This document shows, one piece after another, positions 28,301-33,043 of a DNA stretch of 64,000 nucleotides. The position numbers were made by a program, and so were the translations under genes. This DNA is from a virus. The notes under the pieces are model-generated. The model searched no databases. It had not been told where the DNA came from and saw only the letters and a list, made by a program, of their open reading frames with translations. The number at the start of each line of letters is the position of its first letter. Position 1 is the stretch's first letter. The stretch covers positions 32,001-96,000 of the IMG/VR virus record IMGVR_UViG_3300020416_000001. One strand, given 5' to 3'.

Positions 28301-31073
28301 AACAATGACTGCTGTCCATAAGATTGAACAGTTATGGCATTTGGTTTACACTGCACTTGCAGAATCCAAGTTACCAACTGTATTCATCAAGCAGGCAATC
28401 GATGTTGGTGTTGATGTGAATTCTGATGGTTCAATATTCAAACCAAATCATCCATTCGAGGCATATGACAGAGTTAATTACACTGTCTTGGGTACAAATA
28501 TTGTGGAACTTGACAGGTCACAATACTACATCCACCCAGACACTACTTCGGACAGAATCTTCTTGGCAGAGTACATTGATGGACACAAACTTACATCTCT
28601 GACCCCAGGACTCCCAGGTGAGATCCACACATTCTCTGTAAGCAGAACCACTGGTATTGAGCGTATCCCAACAACATTTGGTGATCGTGACATTCCTACA
28701 CCTACATCTGGTGGTATAGAACCTGCTGACATCTTCTACGGTACAACATCTGACGCATACGCTGAAGTTATCCGTGTTCAGGACAACCTTGCTGCTATCA
28801 ATTACAGGGTTGTATTCCTTCCTATCACACTTACATCTGCTCCTGAGGTATTCCTTCAGGGTGAACAGATTGTTAAGACAGGTGCTACAGGTAATGAAGG
28901 TAAGATTATCGCTACTGACAACGCAACTTACATAAAAGTAGAGATGACCAGTGGTTCATTTACTGCTACAGACAATATTGAGGGTATAACTTCAGGTGCA
29001 ACTGGTCTTGTTGGCACAGGAATCCACGATAGATTGATCGTCAACTTCAAGCAAGGTGAGTTTATTGCTACTGATAACATCTATTCTAAGGAAGACAGTG
29101 GTAAAGCAAACGCTCTTATCGTCAGAAATAACGATGGTGCTCTAATTGATAACCAATCAGGTAGAATTACCTATGACATTGAGAGTGTTGTTGGTAACTT
29201 TGAACCTAACGATGTTATCTACGGTTCTGTTACTGATCAGATTATCGAGGTTGAAGCATTCACAATCCTCCCAGGATTCGGTGAGTACGTTCATTCTACT
29301 CAGATTACTAAGTTTACATACGCAGGATTGATTACTGACACAGGAGTTACTGACACATTCAACGTTGGTGATGTGTTACAACTCCAGAACGCAGGACAAT
29401 CTGTTGGTCACACCTTCGTGGTCACTGAGCACGACATTGATAACAACGAAATCTACCTCGCAAATGAGACTGGACGCTTTGTTTCTATCGGTGATGATCT
29501 AAGCGTGATCGCAAATGATGCAGCATATCAACTTGCTAAGATCCCACCTGGATCTAACTTCCCAAGCGTTTACACCTCTGGTATCACACTCGTTACACAG
29601 ACTACAACATCTGCCTACGGTAAGGTCGAGAAGATTCAACAAATTGGTCTTCGCTTGATTATTCACCTTGGTGACACTTCTGGAACATTCCTCAAGAATG
29701 CACAGATCATTGGTGATGCAGGATTCAGAGCAGCGTGTTCAGTCGCTAAGACTCTACGCGGGCGTGTGAAGAGATTCTTCAGAGGATTTGATGGTGTTCA
29801 ACAGAACTTCAAGTTAACTACTGGAAACGGTACTGCATACTTCCCAGATCCTGCAGGTCATATGATGATCTTCGTGAATGGTATCCTACAACCTCCAGGT
29901 GGTAACAACGCATTCACTGCATTCTCTGATAACATCCAGTTCACTGAACCACCTGCGATTGGATCTACATTCCACGGCGTGTACGTTGGTAAATTGAGAC
30001 AGTTGGATGACATCTCATTCGACTTCGACTCCTTGAGAAACTCCTTCAACTTGAAACTTGGTGGTGTGTTCTACTCACTTACACTGACTGATGGTGTACA
30101 ATCCAACACCATTCTTCCTGAGAACAACATCATCTGTCAGTTGAACGGTGTTATTCAGGAACCTGGAATTGGTTTCGAGATCGTTGGTTCTAGAATCATC
30201 TTCTCTGAAGTACCTCGTGCAGGTTCAACCTTCGTTGCCTTCTCATACATTGGTTCTGACGTTGACGTTATCGCAGCAACAGTTGTACCACCTATTGAAT
30301 CGGGTGACATTCTACAGATTGAGGGTGAGGACGAGACTAGAGAGGTTGCTCTAATTGAATCTTCTAACTCACTTATCACATTCGAATACTCGGGTGCTGT
30401 TAAGGGACGTAACGGATCTGCTCTCGCGAACATCGAGAAGGGTCGCGTTATCGAAGCAATCCTTACAAACTCTGGTGATGGTTATACTTCACGTCCTAAC
30501 ATTGACGTGATCTCCTCCTCAGGTTTTGGTGCACGCATCAAGGCACTTGTGGGTCTAGCACGCATCGACGTGAAGAACGCAGGACAGGGTTATGTACAAC
30601 CAACCATCAACGTGAACACTACCGTTCCTGATAGTTTCTTCGCACCTTCTGGTGTTGGAGTCAACGGTGGTATTGACATCTACGATCCAAACTACGTTCC
30701 CCCAGGTGAATCTCAGGCACAGGGTGAGCAGGCGATTGTCATTGAATCTCAACCTGTTAACACAACTGTTAACCAAGGAGATACTGCATCATTCACAGTG
30801 GTCGCTTCTACTAACCCTGTCGGTGGCACAATCACCTATCAGTGGCAGAAGAAGAACTACGGTGAAAGTGACTGGAATAACATCAACGGTGCTACTTCCC
30901 CAACATACACAACGCCAGACACAACTCAGGCAGACGGTGGTGATGAATTCAGATGTGGTCTTACCGCAGCGGGTGCAACACCAACATTATCCAACTCTGC
31001 AGTTCTTACAATCAACATTGGAGCAACTACAGTGGATAACTTCACTCCTGATCAGATCTTCGATGACAACTAA
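10311..31073 (+). CDS. gp7: giant (6920 aa) gp7-like baseplate wedge initiator / multidomain virion protein
   Basis: Between gp6 and gp8; gp7-like segments (QIPAFIKED, IIKTISDFYASKGT...LFKILY, QKIQDSYFYQNFSYVIKS...HPVGF); many V.V..GG.GY..P repeats, YHYH-type domain (~14480-15000), beta-propeller-like block, two LamG domains, helical repeats, C-terminal Ig domain. Confidence 0.8.
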   Translation: MVAHNTAIQVSQRLNSQIPAFIKEDHDQFVNLLTEYYKSQEKSGRPYDVLNSILSYIDIGSGEFDPNFLSSESAVLEAVNPTQNKIVAENVNYFLEKDGTLKIDDEVLYYESVTHSPDIVFTPGVNKQEFDRKIQEFEPINNQFDSSKTEFNLRLLGRPVTPQSSNHLLVIVNGDFMFPDRDYFVEGDRIRFVNPPAATTGALTGAINTIRYLIGYTSVPVRSLDTITVDADAKEFHLKLNTQPYTPLSTVSSIVVVNRVEKRPFEDFTVFNDKLIFKQDVSQNATIDVRSVELIAPEFGSGAAAVSQIEGGSVSDILVKNGGQGYRVSFAPRITIQSNKGPGEGATAEALVNGIKNTQLLFPGQGYSSNNPPIVVVDDPADSEGSRAQITAIVSDEIEGVSELRVTSSGSGYDRIPSIKFVNPGGATITDPVVEGGSIKTGSISVIDRGSGYSSPPLVYMDPPTGDNAINATAIAVLDDDGRVERIDIISNGQGYEGAIRARIVDPVGAQILDVSCTGGRVTNIELLTGGKGYTDAPSVYIVDNRKDTNGQPIGGEGATAVATIFNGEITDINITSFGNGYSDTEPPKVFIAAPPVPEASCDVGFGEITGFTIHSDGSGYEPSAFTGVKRGVSGVTSFDQKGHQIYSKESSLVQSSHAKGAVIHNLDNLFAKELYRRFVNQYLPNAEIDYTKVNAPQIIKTISDFYASKGTKISTQYLFKILYSENVDVSYPKDEVIKPSAATWNVDTVLRAELLEGSPENLLDSQLIQYIDDVDVNVRGASALVENVIAINTGVGTVYELAISEETLQGAFTIPYKTTLVEELSTTESIITVDSTIGWPERNGTIRINDDEVVQYKEKTLNQFIECTRSKNGVVEDWDAGTIVHSDIFVYVNRGTDTECKLRVLGIADAESTVLSDNGSYYLPGDKLNVASLGSTTNDKRITSWLYNVKKLINITQIIPGGLNNQTATVTCSNNHGLLVGDTVTIYGANPTVFNGTFLVTSRINNTQFEYNIPAPAPNEPQGNILLSVDLNKGKSPEEGISVAIRDFTTNVQNTFFNDDYAYVASSGIPNYEVGPFLGSALLPGNQRKLIRIPRTINTISKRTDTTFGPIGSWVNGVSTWSYKSQNKIKFGGVTGISIDDPGKGYDAANPPVIEINGGGGTGAKASVVVNGALSEIQVSSGGTGYTSSPLVSIVGGGGFGATATAVITNGVVSKILVETPGQGYTSQPDVSISGGGGTGCAATAQVRGPIQSVTVDSAGAAYTASPEIKLNSGEGAVAQPIIINGRIVSIAIIAAGRGYTTAPEIVINGDGYGAIARATIGNVGEDRGKVIGVTVVNRGIGYTTGNTTIRLEAVGELAEFTASVFEWTRNLQDELGQNFDTARGYVFAGYNTQYGGEYAHLSDPKQLRYVLGDNVFKNQATQQLQELTTGYQHSPILGWAFDGNPIYGPYGYIDATNQSSGVRRIRSSYRIKPALIFDAATNPEPVRADGPLLTDYIAGSFIDDFEYVFQEGDLDQYNGRFCKTPDFPEGVYAYFVSIDASDAGNPVFPYICGPQLYSSPDEWNFSQSAVQTNIPSNVVRFRDPYEDVDIDIDRTPNQATDTLVTELGEDLIFEIEDTNRDGLINNLEDTTPIQITEEPVLQLFDYYPKVSTRSVVDIDIETTTKFEDAKVDGFVVENPGISYKVNDKLFFDNEGTDGFGASAKVEAVKGLDIAGYSSYMTGDQPVGKITTATEHELRVNDQIIVTSTPILDDTNKTFKVKVISGVERVTVDQSGLGYSEDIPPTYEVITNSGQDFNIDIVRDEGGRVENVNIINSGSGYDENNPPQIRVSHPQRFKKATYFLSFLKEAGSTLTINDIKVADDRTFYVCGKTEIADGDVAGILAKFNSDGRLLWQRTLIPTVPQTADKSLQWKSLHIENSNPHNIYVIGETVPNVGNLTHNPDIVVAKYQSGFNNANNPDGIIQWQRDIAGISGSTRRDYASSIRLDQDGRVMIAGYTDSNATAPDDMWVALMDIDGSIMEKRKIASAAASEHLHQVEWRTDDTFLFTGISDPAGAANIILGETYYDTATIEVVWSKQIESAAYQFADPTFTIDEYGSVYVTATAIDTNGKNYGVLYCKFDNQDYTAVSVSKMYVPTGNYTSCKNAGVAFDVFGNIDVSALVERDFNDVQSVTAKISWNSGNILSAAEAKEDSGIGYHPTCVANDNSGDTLVAGNKVEAQQLAIFNWNTADNLFDETYNDTLKTGTNKQWYATGNAVIDNTKFYNGASSVKLDAPNSLLLQYSTTADVSVEWTMEGWFALGATQYAAQASKPEFFGIYSQLAQEVKVGVDGTSGSANFGKIFLDLNGTTSYSTGTAFWTGFNSEAWVHVAISKERPGVGSYIYRIYVNGVEAHSVTSASVDVNMMQVTLGPISTPSSQNNWIGWVDNFVVTPSAKYTDAFTAGLITGTNKVTEAFIYKIDKDKTKLGTFTLNDVETGHTLTTSATSNYTFNTQPVSVNPWLIGPAGIQILDYSDVVSTHVPGVYTVTSTDEAWASRTATIPTQGGKKLLLTTKVIPKFYIRDAKYTSIDLVKTITFNQPATFTKGTVLQQYSTIGGNDVVSAYGTVVEVGTSSCKIGKIIGSFDTSKLLKSTAGDVNETDKEFTVLTTTPVWEQNQNYDVGDIVYSNGKIYTSGTAATAGPIAPNHTSGTVSDGNINWAFTSVAGTFSVDLANSVHGSGTLAQFASWKPFNASDYTIRIQQIYDDSDFIKGDTIDADAVNLTFDVDATGKIATFGGLVGVKQFNLQAKLNKDVIPSQGLTNTDLVYCSANTRHNFAATDIIFTEGFSTNEYNGSFFVEEVFTSRDFTYKLRSTAVQDPTFSGSGSSVSNVNIFAKHPKFLFVRGHQYIFDLDDSSNLGYYLSFSKDNQYKLEYPFINIIREGTPGFTDDDSPTPLVKFVINDDVTNISYYFDPSRTTADNSPVGEGSFIDVIESPYQGTFTISKVSSDGLEFDFPLLVEPEKTIAPVGNNEFGNPRSFYSTTSIKAIGPIASIKLVNPGGFYQKLPIVTDIASNREIEKVRVNNGGTEYVNGVYYNVPIAGDGEGATCNITVQDDGDFTGVITDVVLTSAGKGYTFASIDVDAIPGILGPLLAGSGAQLEVVIPSEGSGASVFLQGKSIGRIKKLKNNEFGFGYSHDYTLRPEITFPVNLQLFNTAILAEIKITDPGSGYTSTPAVVIEGGGGTGAQAEAVIKNNRLSEVIIKDPGAGYSSEPTVTLKSEFNYVVNIDLGYLQFNFPHGITTGAEIQLRAEDLGSTVGILPKPSSAGLVSLSSSQTYYAIAGEANGLESDQLRISLTKLDAESGSYITFLTQGEGRQILLTEVFGGQATAIVETSRFLEGELVYQGSSLELASATGYVSTNEGWQIGPRILKLENYDGVWTAGERVTGEVSRASGLIDNLSIARGTLNIDSLTNTPGQFIDDVGKPSEIVQKIQDSYFYQNFSYVIKSETPINTWRKPVLETNHPVGFNLFGELAITGGKDISGRKVVSDLIKEVNINAFTNINQITSFANAQPIYTQFNNTEVLFRQKRLTNSEEILTSIVKKIDNISDDFDGVRTQFPLNVEGSSITATEDQMFVLLNGVAQSPGTSFSTSGPSIVFSEPPKAPSRIKFRTVTFAQLLITRITFDLIGGIFPLSGNRVRGLVSEATATVVDSGTDYIDVINIEGTFQAGEAVLNSATGFNSTIASNGVSGLSSKTIFEQGERITNLDGKFAIIEENNLDDGNINNELVVSRTSGTAEYETGEFEIKFNDIIYSARSKIAATVSAIAPYQDAVSEQIIDTVDLSPSSSFFALVFQRVPSITYPNVILDNIGDTVINPTELYDIESPNNQDFLDFESVRNQEIRYDGLTGNDFAPGTNIRLKKIYFGNSSIRTVHDTRANNAAEALVKNDRFIAEEAVGMMLNFYPSFTVPTGKVNCEDDIVDMLNLIAWQLEHDGNSEVWDAANFYVQNNTVYHVDGQVAQTIYAMNAARDLANKCINMVDITTEYTTLSQWKDLTITPEYEVVSNSHGDARTLLLANKWFIAYESLHYAKTLNPGYNVSGGDEHCLSDIVDVVEALAYNVAHGGNDFIWEATDRILHYGVTSGDRDTIVNSFTKAKAMSLDIMRNIAVTKAGSHDWNQVTISITADPASPTCQAVAASITTLMDILINALGTTASPGTREAFQAAVTSTAPQADYSQGRTTIPNENACVAQTSAVANFFKIITDTLSDPTGADPATYQWSISNVPRIAPAYTFEAGETIRSIKHSYKDKSSGGFFNFGQVLKGVSSGAVAEIIGTNAGSKWVYTKGVTGAFNPAEYITNSTITYNNVTTDKLNPGTGTGSLEFSGTSSRLRHDSNAAFAFGTGDYTVELWIYPTTVSGTQRIIDFRTASSSNAGSIFLQGTSIKFGIGVNDHITGSAAVPTANQWYHVAISRASNVTKMFVNGQPVGSDYTDASDYPNSPITVGASWANGETFTGNMDNLIIRKGTASYSSGFTPPTVYDFKALDISFGFNGESPFPMELSAVYATYQQTIISSANADGVELWREEIMTEEIDVSRDDYRDCADIIDKNRFWIAEEAVGRMKEKYPAFVIPGDGGGSTQGTDKCVRDTNSFIIPAIINDLKLGGNFHTIVAGRGYLEGSGALKHVNGELLQSIYTWREVGKICIDVITKDESDLTGEYTNRIRVPNYFSSPASSAIQTFISDLIDNMLEVMSPTGHRYRDGADLLYFNRGAIADEAVSMMEQEWNVLINFVQQDKIDIPSREKCVRDIRDHIVPAVAGDLITGGNSNIQGMIDSYLDSQSNINYIETELLAMLDALEHVKFLSNKALQNLLVGRNENIANIAGTTPQTIDDFYQLQYSDLTAYRKEYDAAVNYDLTGGVITESTFYPPDPKIFQGTHRALDSANIIERNARTIAGEAVDIVTKTSAFKHYNFRVPGGKVHCEDDIVDFINSVAHDLRFSSNSEVYDAAALYLNTDMGLSHVTGQSQETIYAYKMARDMSILAIRNKLGFTPFEEATTGGGGGQGGNAIGGGVPRGDYDNNATTNKDYDAGNEIENNLRFIATTAVGRGYAQYPNLTFGGYGYQSCVDDVIDILEAMAWNLKHGGNNKVWYATEFYITDANAIQHINSQATEVKYIFEQARDIAIEVMRQQLVTVNGYTEGYPVYDTTITIDSSSSQTGQLTPTNATYNPATGDLVLTKTGHGLVAGDAVQIATYGLKFTCDFDGNQSEHTYPRPLDPSNGALLPVTSSNSSTFTVNVGTTTNVNYDVSNAIYEEATGNLFLDIGSNTLDVGRHIKLPDNAITFTCTKDGNATNHSYPRPSDYASGKSLTVLEIGDSEFTATNAAYVPATGVLTLTVPNHGFANGDNVQIVTNSLNFTCDMDNNYTVHSYPRVSDPAANKYLPVGNVTTNTFTVNVGTTGTVNFTPTNVAYNPITGNMVLTLGTGHGLVTGSHLKIQPNSLTFTCEEDDNATNHSYPRTTTTTHTVTDAAYNGTTGIMTLTIPQHGFSNGDQIKIADNSLTFRCAEDNYATDHTYPRSTDPASGSWLEISNVTANTFKVQVLLSDGIPSTNVTAHNFISASSSGVTWKKDRAYDVPLEVIAATATTVTVNVLASGRTPSTNTTTHTFVAATPNAISAGGNYTHTFTSAVANGIKFKNGRIKVNVNPAPTSEQYPHTFVSAVSNAVQGGGNYNHTFISSTTNSISWITGGGGATRCATQASSITTLMGITIDLFNSGTSNPQNYIDGISRTLPGEWPLTGERAAVRDLTITYDQAGSGQCNVESSTISSLFDIVIGVVKDAAAGNGSYFTNQGISRNAPIQNNTLLFGGGVCYNVTSAANVLYDLLEDTLGRAPEMYRQASRIISLNDLYINREAYYKTVNQYSGYTGDISFGDDIRKAYIYDLLTDGNAKTVELINNWFDAEGNFIAFPNIFRTYLIFHAQATTDMIKHILSGTAPEPGTYNLEPLYKDRELRPTMTAVHKIEQLWHLVYTALAESKLPTVFIKQAIDVGVDVNSDGSIFKPNHPFEAYDRVNYTVLGTNIVELDRSQYYIHPDTTSDRIFLAEYIDGHKLTSLTPGLPGEIHTFSVSRTTGIERIPTTFGDRDIPTPTSGGIEPADIFYGTTSDAYAEVIRVQDNLAAINYRVVFLPITLTSAPEVFLQGEQIVKTGATGNEGKIIATDNATYIKVEMTSGSFTATDNIEGITSGATGLVGTGIHDRLIVNFKQGEFIATDNIYSKEDSGKANALIVRNNDGALIDNQSGRITYDIESVVGNFEPNDVIYGSVTDQIIEVEAFTILPGFGEYVHSTQITKFTYAGLITDTGVTDTFNVGDVLQLQNAGQSVGHTFVVTEHDIDNNEIYLANETGRFVSIGDDLSVIANDAAYQLAKIPPGSNFPSVYTSGITLVTQTTTSAYGKVEKIQQIGLRLIIHLGDTSGTFLKNAQIIGDAGFRAACSVAKTLRGRVKRFFRGFDGVQQNFKLTTGNGTAYFPDPAGHMMIFVNGILQPPGGNNAFTAFSDNIQFTEPPAIGSTFHGVYVGKLRQLDDISFDFDSLRNSFNLKLGGVFYSLTLTDGVQSNTILPENNIICQLNGVIQEPGIGFEIVGSRIIFSEVPRAGSTFVAFSYIGSDVDVIAATVVPPIESGDILQIEGEDETREVALIESSNSLITFEYSGAVKGRNGSALANIEKGRVIEAILTNSGDGYTSRPNIDVISSSGFGARIKALVGLARIDVKNAGQGYVQPTINVNTTVPDSFFAPSGVGVNGGIDIYDPNYVPPGESQAQGEQAIVIESQPVNTTVNQGDTASFTVVASTNPVGGTITYQWQKKNYGESDWNNINGATSPTYTTPDTTQADGGDEFRCGLTAAGATPTLSNSAVLTINIGATTVDNFTPDQIFDDN
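16960..17650 (+). other. LamG/concanavalin A-like domain 1 within giant protein
   Basis: WTMEGWF...WVHVAISK...RIYVNG...WIGWVDNFVV. Confidence 0.7.
23380..23900 (+). other. LamG/concanavalin A-like domain 2 within giant protein
   Basis: GTGDYTVELWIYP...QWYHVAISR...KMFVNG...FTGNMDNLII. Confidence 0.75.
25918..27500 (+). repeat. five nested beta-rich repeats (Y.P.TG...HG...FTC..D...H.YPR ... H.F)
   Basis: Five openers and five H-[TN]-F closers visible in the translation. Confidence 0.8.
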
Positions 31074-31076
31074 ATA

Positions 31077-31274
31077 ATGGAAGATAATGAATTCTATTGT
31101 GAGTGGAGGATGGGAATCCACGAACTTCGTGCATTCTACGATCACCTTACTTACTCGATCAAGATGTGGCCAGGTTCTCCTGCGAGACCTGCTGATGAAC
31201 AAGTGTTTCTCGAACGCTTGAAGAAACAAACTTTTGCGATGATCTGTGAATATAACCTTACGGAAATCGACTAA
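31077..31274 (+). CDS. small hypothetical protein (WPGSPARPADEQ motif)
   Basis: ORF track; tightly packed between structural genes. Confidence 0.7.
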   Translation: MEDNEFYCEWRMGIHELRAFYDHLTYSIKMWPGSPARPADEQVFLERLKKQTFAMICEYNLTEID

Positions 31275-33016
31275 TGGCAGCAAACGGAAGTTACAACGCA
31301 GTAACTGAAATACTGACAATCACGGGAAATGGTCTTCCAACTCCTGTAGTTCCTGGTACCTTCCCGAATGCTGATAACTCAAATACGATTACATCATATA
31401 CTTTCTCTCATAACTTTACATATAGGGGTGGAGATAATACAACAACATCAGGTACATTACCTGTAGGTATCGTTGGTCTTAGTGCTAACGGCGTTGCTAT
31501 CTACAATCCTTCAGGTGGATCAGAGGGTACACCTCCACAAGGTTTCAACTGGGTTGCGTCAGCAACGAATACTGCTATTGACTTTGGTGAGGACAACTGT
31601 GGTGGTTATCCTGAGACAACTGGACAATATCATTACCGTGATTCACATCTCCTGAATTGTTGGAAAGCGAATCAGGTAATGTCAGGTTACAACGATTACT
31701 ACGGTTCAACACAATATCAAGGTGACAATATGCGTCATCCTGATGGTCATTCTAAGATCATCGGTTTTTGCTTTGATGGATACCCCATCTATGGACCATA
31801 TGGTTATGACGATCCGACAAACAATCTTTCACAAGTAAAGATTATGGTTACGGGTTATCAGATGCGTGATAATATCGCTGTTAATAGACCTGCATACGAT
31901 TCAACATATCCAAAAGGTGCATTTATTCAAGACTATGAATACAATGCAGATACAACTGGAAGACATCTAGACGCATATAATGGGCGTTTCTGTCACACTC
32001 CTGAATACCCATCTGGTACGTTTGCGTACTTTATGTCGATTCACGATGATCTTTCTGATAATAGAACTTTCGTTGTCACCGTCTCAGCAGAAGATGATGG
32101 CAACAAATACAGACTTGATGGCGTTTTATATCCTGACATAACTCTTACCAAGGGTTCTACTTACATATTTGATCAAAGTGACTCTTCAAACGCCACACAC
32201 AATCTTCGACTCTCAGCAACCCTAAACGGACCTTGGAATCTGGGAACCGAATACACTGACGGAGTAACTTATGAAGGAACTCCAGGTCAGGCAGGTGCTA
32301 GGACTATAATTACAGTTCCTCAAGATGCTCCTGCAAATCTATATTATTATTGCCAAAACCATTCAGGTATGGCAAATAATGCAGTCGGTACTGTGATTGC
32401 AGATATGAGTTATGAACCTAAGTTTCCATTCATCTTTGGACTTGTTTCAAAAGAACAGGTAAATGTTCCTGCCAACCAAGGTATTCAACAGGAGCAGCAA
32501 TCAGGTGGTGGTGGAGACCAAGGTGGTGGAGATGAACCAGACCCACCATCTCTCGTGATCAGTAACCAACCAACTAATGCAACCATTGCTAACGGTGGAA
32601 CTCAAACGTTCTCTGTTCTAGCAGAGGTTCAACCACAAGCAGGAACTATTAACTACCAGTGGCAGGTCTCCACTGATGGTGGTTTTGCTTGGTCCAATAT
32701 CACTGGTGCAACATCTTCAACTTATCAGATTGTCGCACTATCTTTTATGACTGGATATAGATATAGAGTAGTGCTAACAGGTCCCATTGGTGAACCTCAA
32801 CAAGCACAGAACTCTCCTCTATCATCTAACCTTGCTATCCTAACCGTTACTGGTGGTACCAGTGGCGAAGATACATCAGGTGTTTTGAAATGGGATAGTA
32901 CCGTTGGACGTTATGATATGACTTCCGTTCCGTTTGACAGGGATAATAACAATCCTGGTTTCACAACGAACACTATAAGATTTGACCAAACCAATTATGA
33001 GTTCGACCTCACATAA
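31274..33016 (+). CDS. YHYH-domain virion protein with inserted cupredoxin-like module and Ig-like domain
   Basis: GQYHYR, HSKIIGFCFDGYPIYGPYG, LDAYNGRFCHTPEYPSGTFAYF; insert ending YYYCQNHSGM; Ig motif YQWQVSTDGG...YRYRV. Confidence 0.8.
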   Translation: MAANGSYNAVTEILTITGNGLPTPVVPGTFPNADNSNTITSYTFSHNFTYRGGDNTTTSGTLPVGIVGLSANGVAIYNPSGGSEGTPPQGFNWVASATNTAIDFGEDNCGGYPETTGQYHYRDSHLLNCWKANQVMSGYNDYYGSTQYQGDNMRHPDGHSKIIGFCFDGYPIYGPYGYDDPTNNLSQVKIMVTGYQMRDNIAVNRPAYDSTYPKGAFIQDYEYNADTTGRHLDAYNGRFCHTPEYPSGTFAYFMSIHDDLSDNRTFVVTVSAEDDGNKYRLDGVLYPDITLTKGSTYIFDQSDSSNATHNLRLSATLNGPWNLGTEYTDGVTYEGTPGQAGARTIITVPQDAPANLYYYCQNHSGMANNAVGTVIADMSYEPKFPFIFGLVSKEQVNVPANQGIQQEQQSGGGGDQGGGDEPDPPSLVISNQPTNATIANGGTQTFSVLAEVQPQAGTINYQWQVSTDGGFAWSNITGATSSTYQIVALSFMTGYRYRVVLTGPIGEPQQAQNSPLSSNLAILTVTGGTSGEDTSGVLKWDSTVGRYDMTSVPFDRDNNNPGFTTNTIRFDQTNYEFDLT

Positions 33017-33019
33017 ATA
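33012..33019 (+). promoter_or_regulatory. T4-type late promoter (CATAAATA)
   Basis: Motif 25 nt upstream of ATG 33044. Confidence 0.65.
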
Positions 33020-33043
33020 AAACTGTAGAAAAACCCCACCGCT

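Larger units (their letters stand above)
22060..28350 (+). repeat. phycobiliprotein/globin-like helical repeats (6 Cys-bearing + 1 degenerate) within giant protein
   Basis: Recurrent D-A-x-x-I/L-x-x-N-x-x-[FW]-I-A-x-E-A...C-x-x-D...DL..GGN pattern; Cys codons at 22185, 22575, 24192, 24672, 25203, 25635. Confidence 0.7.
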
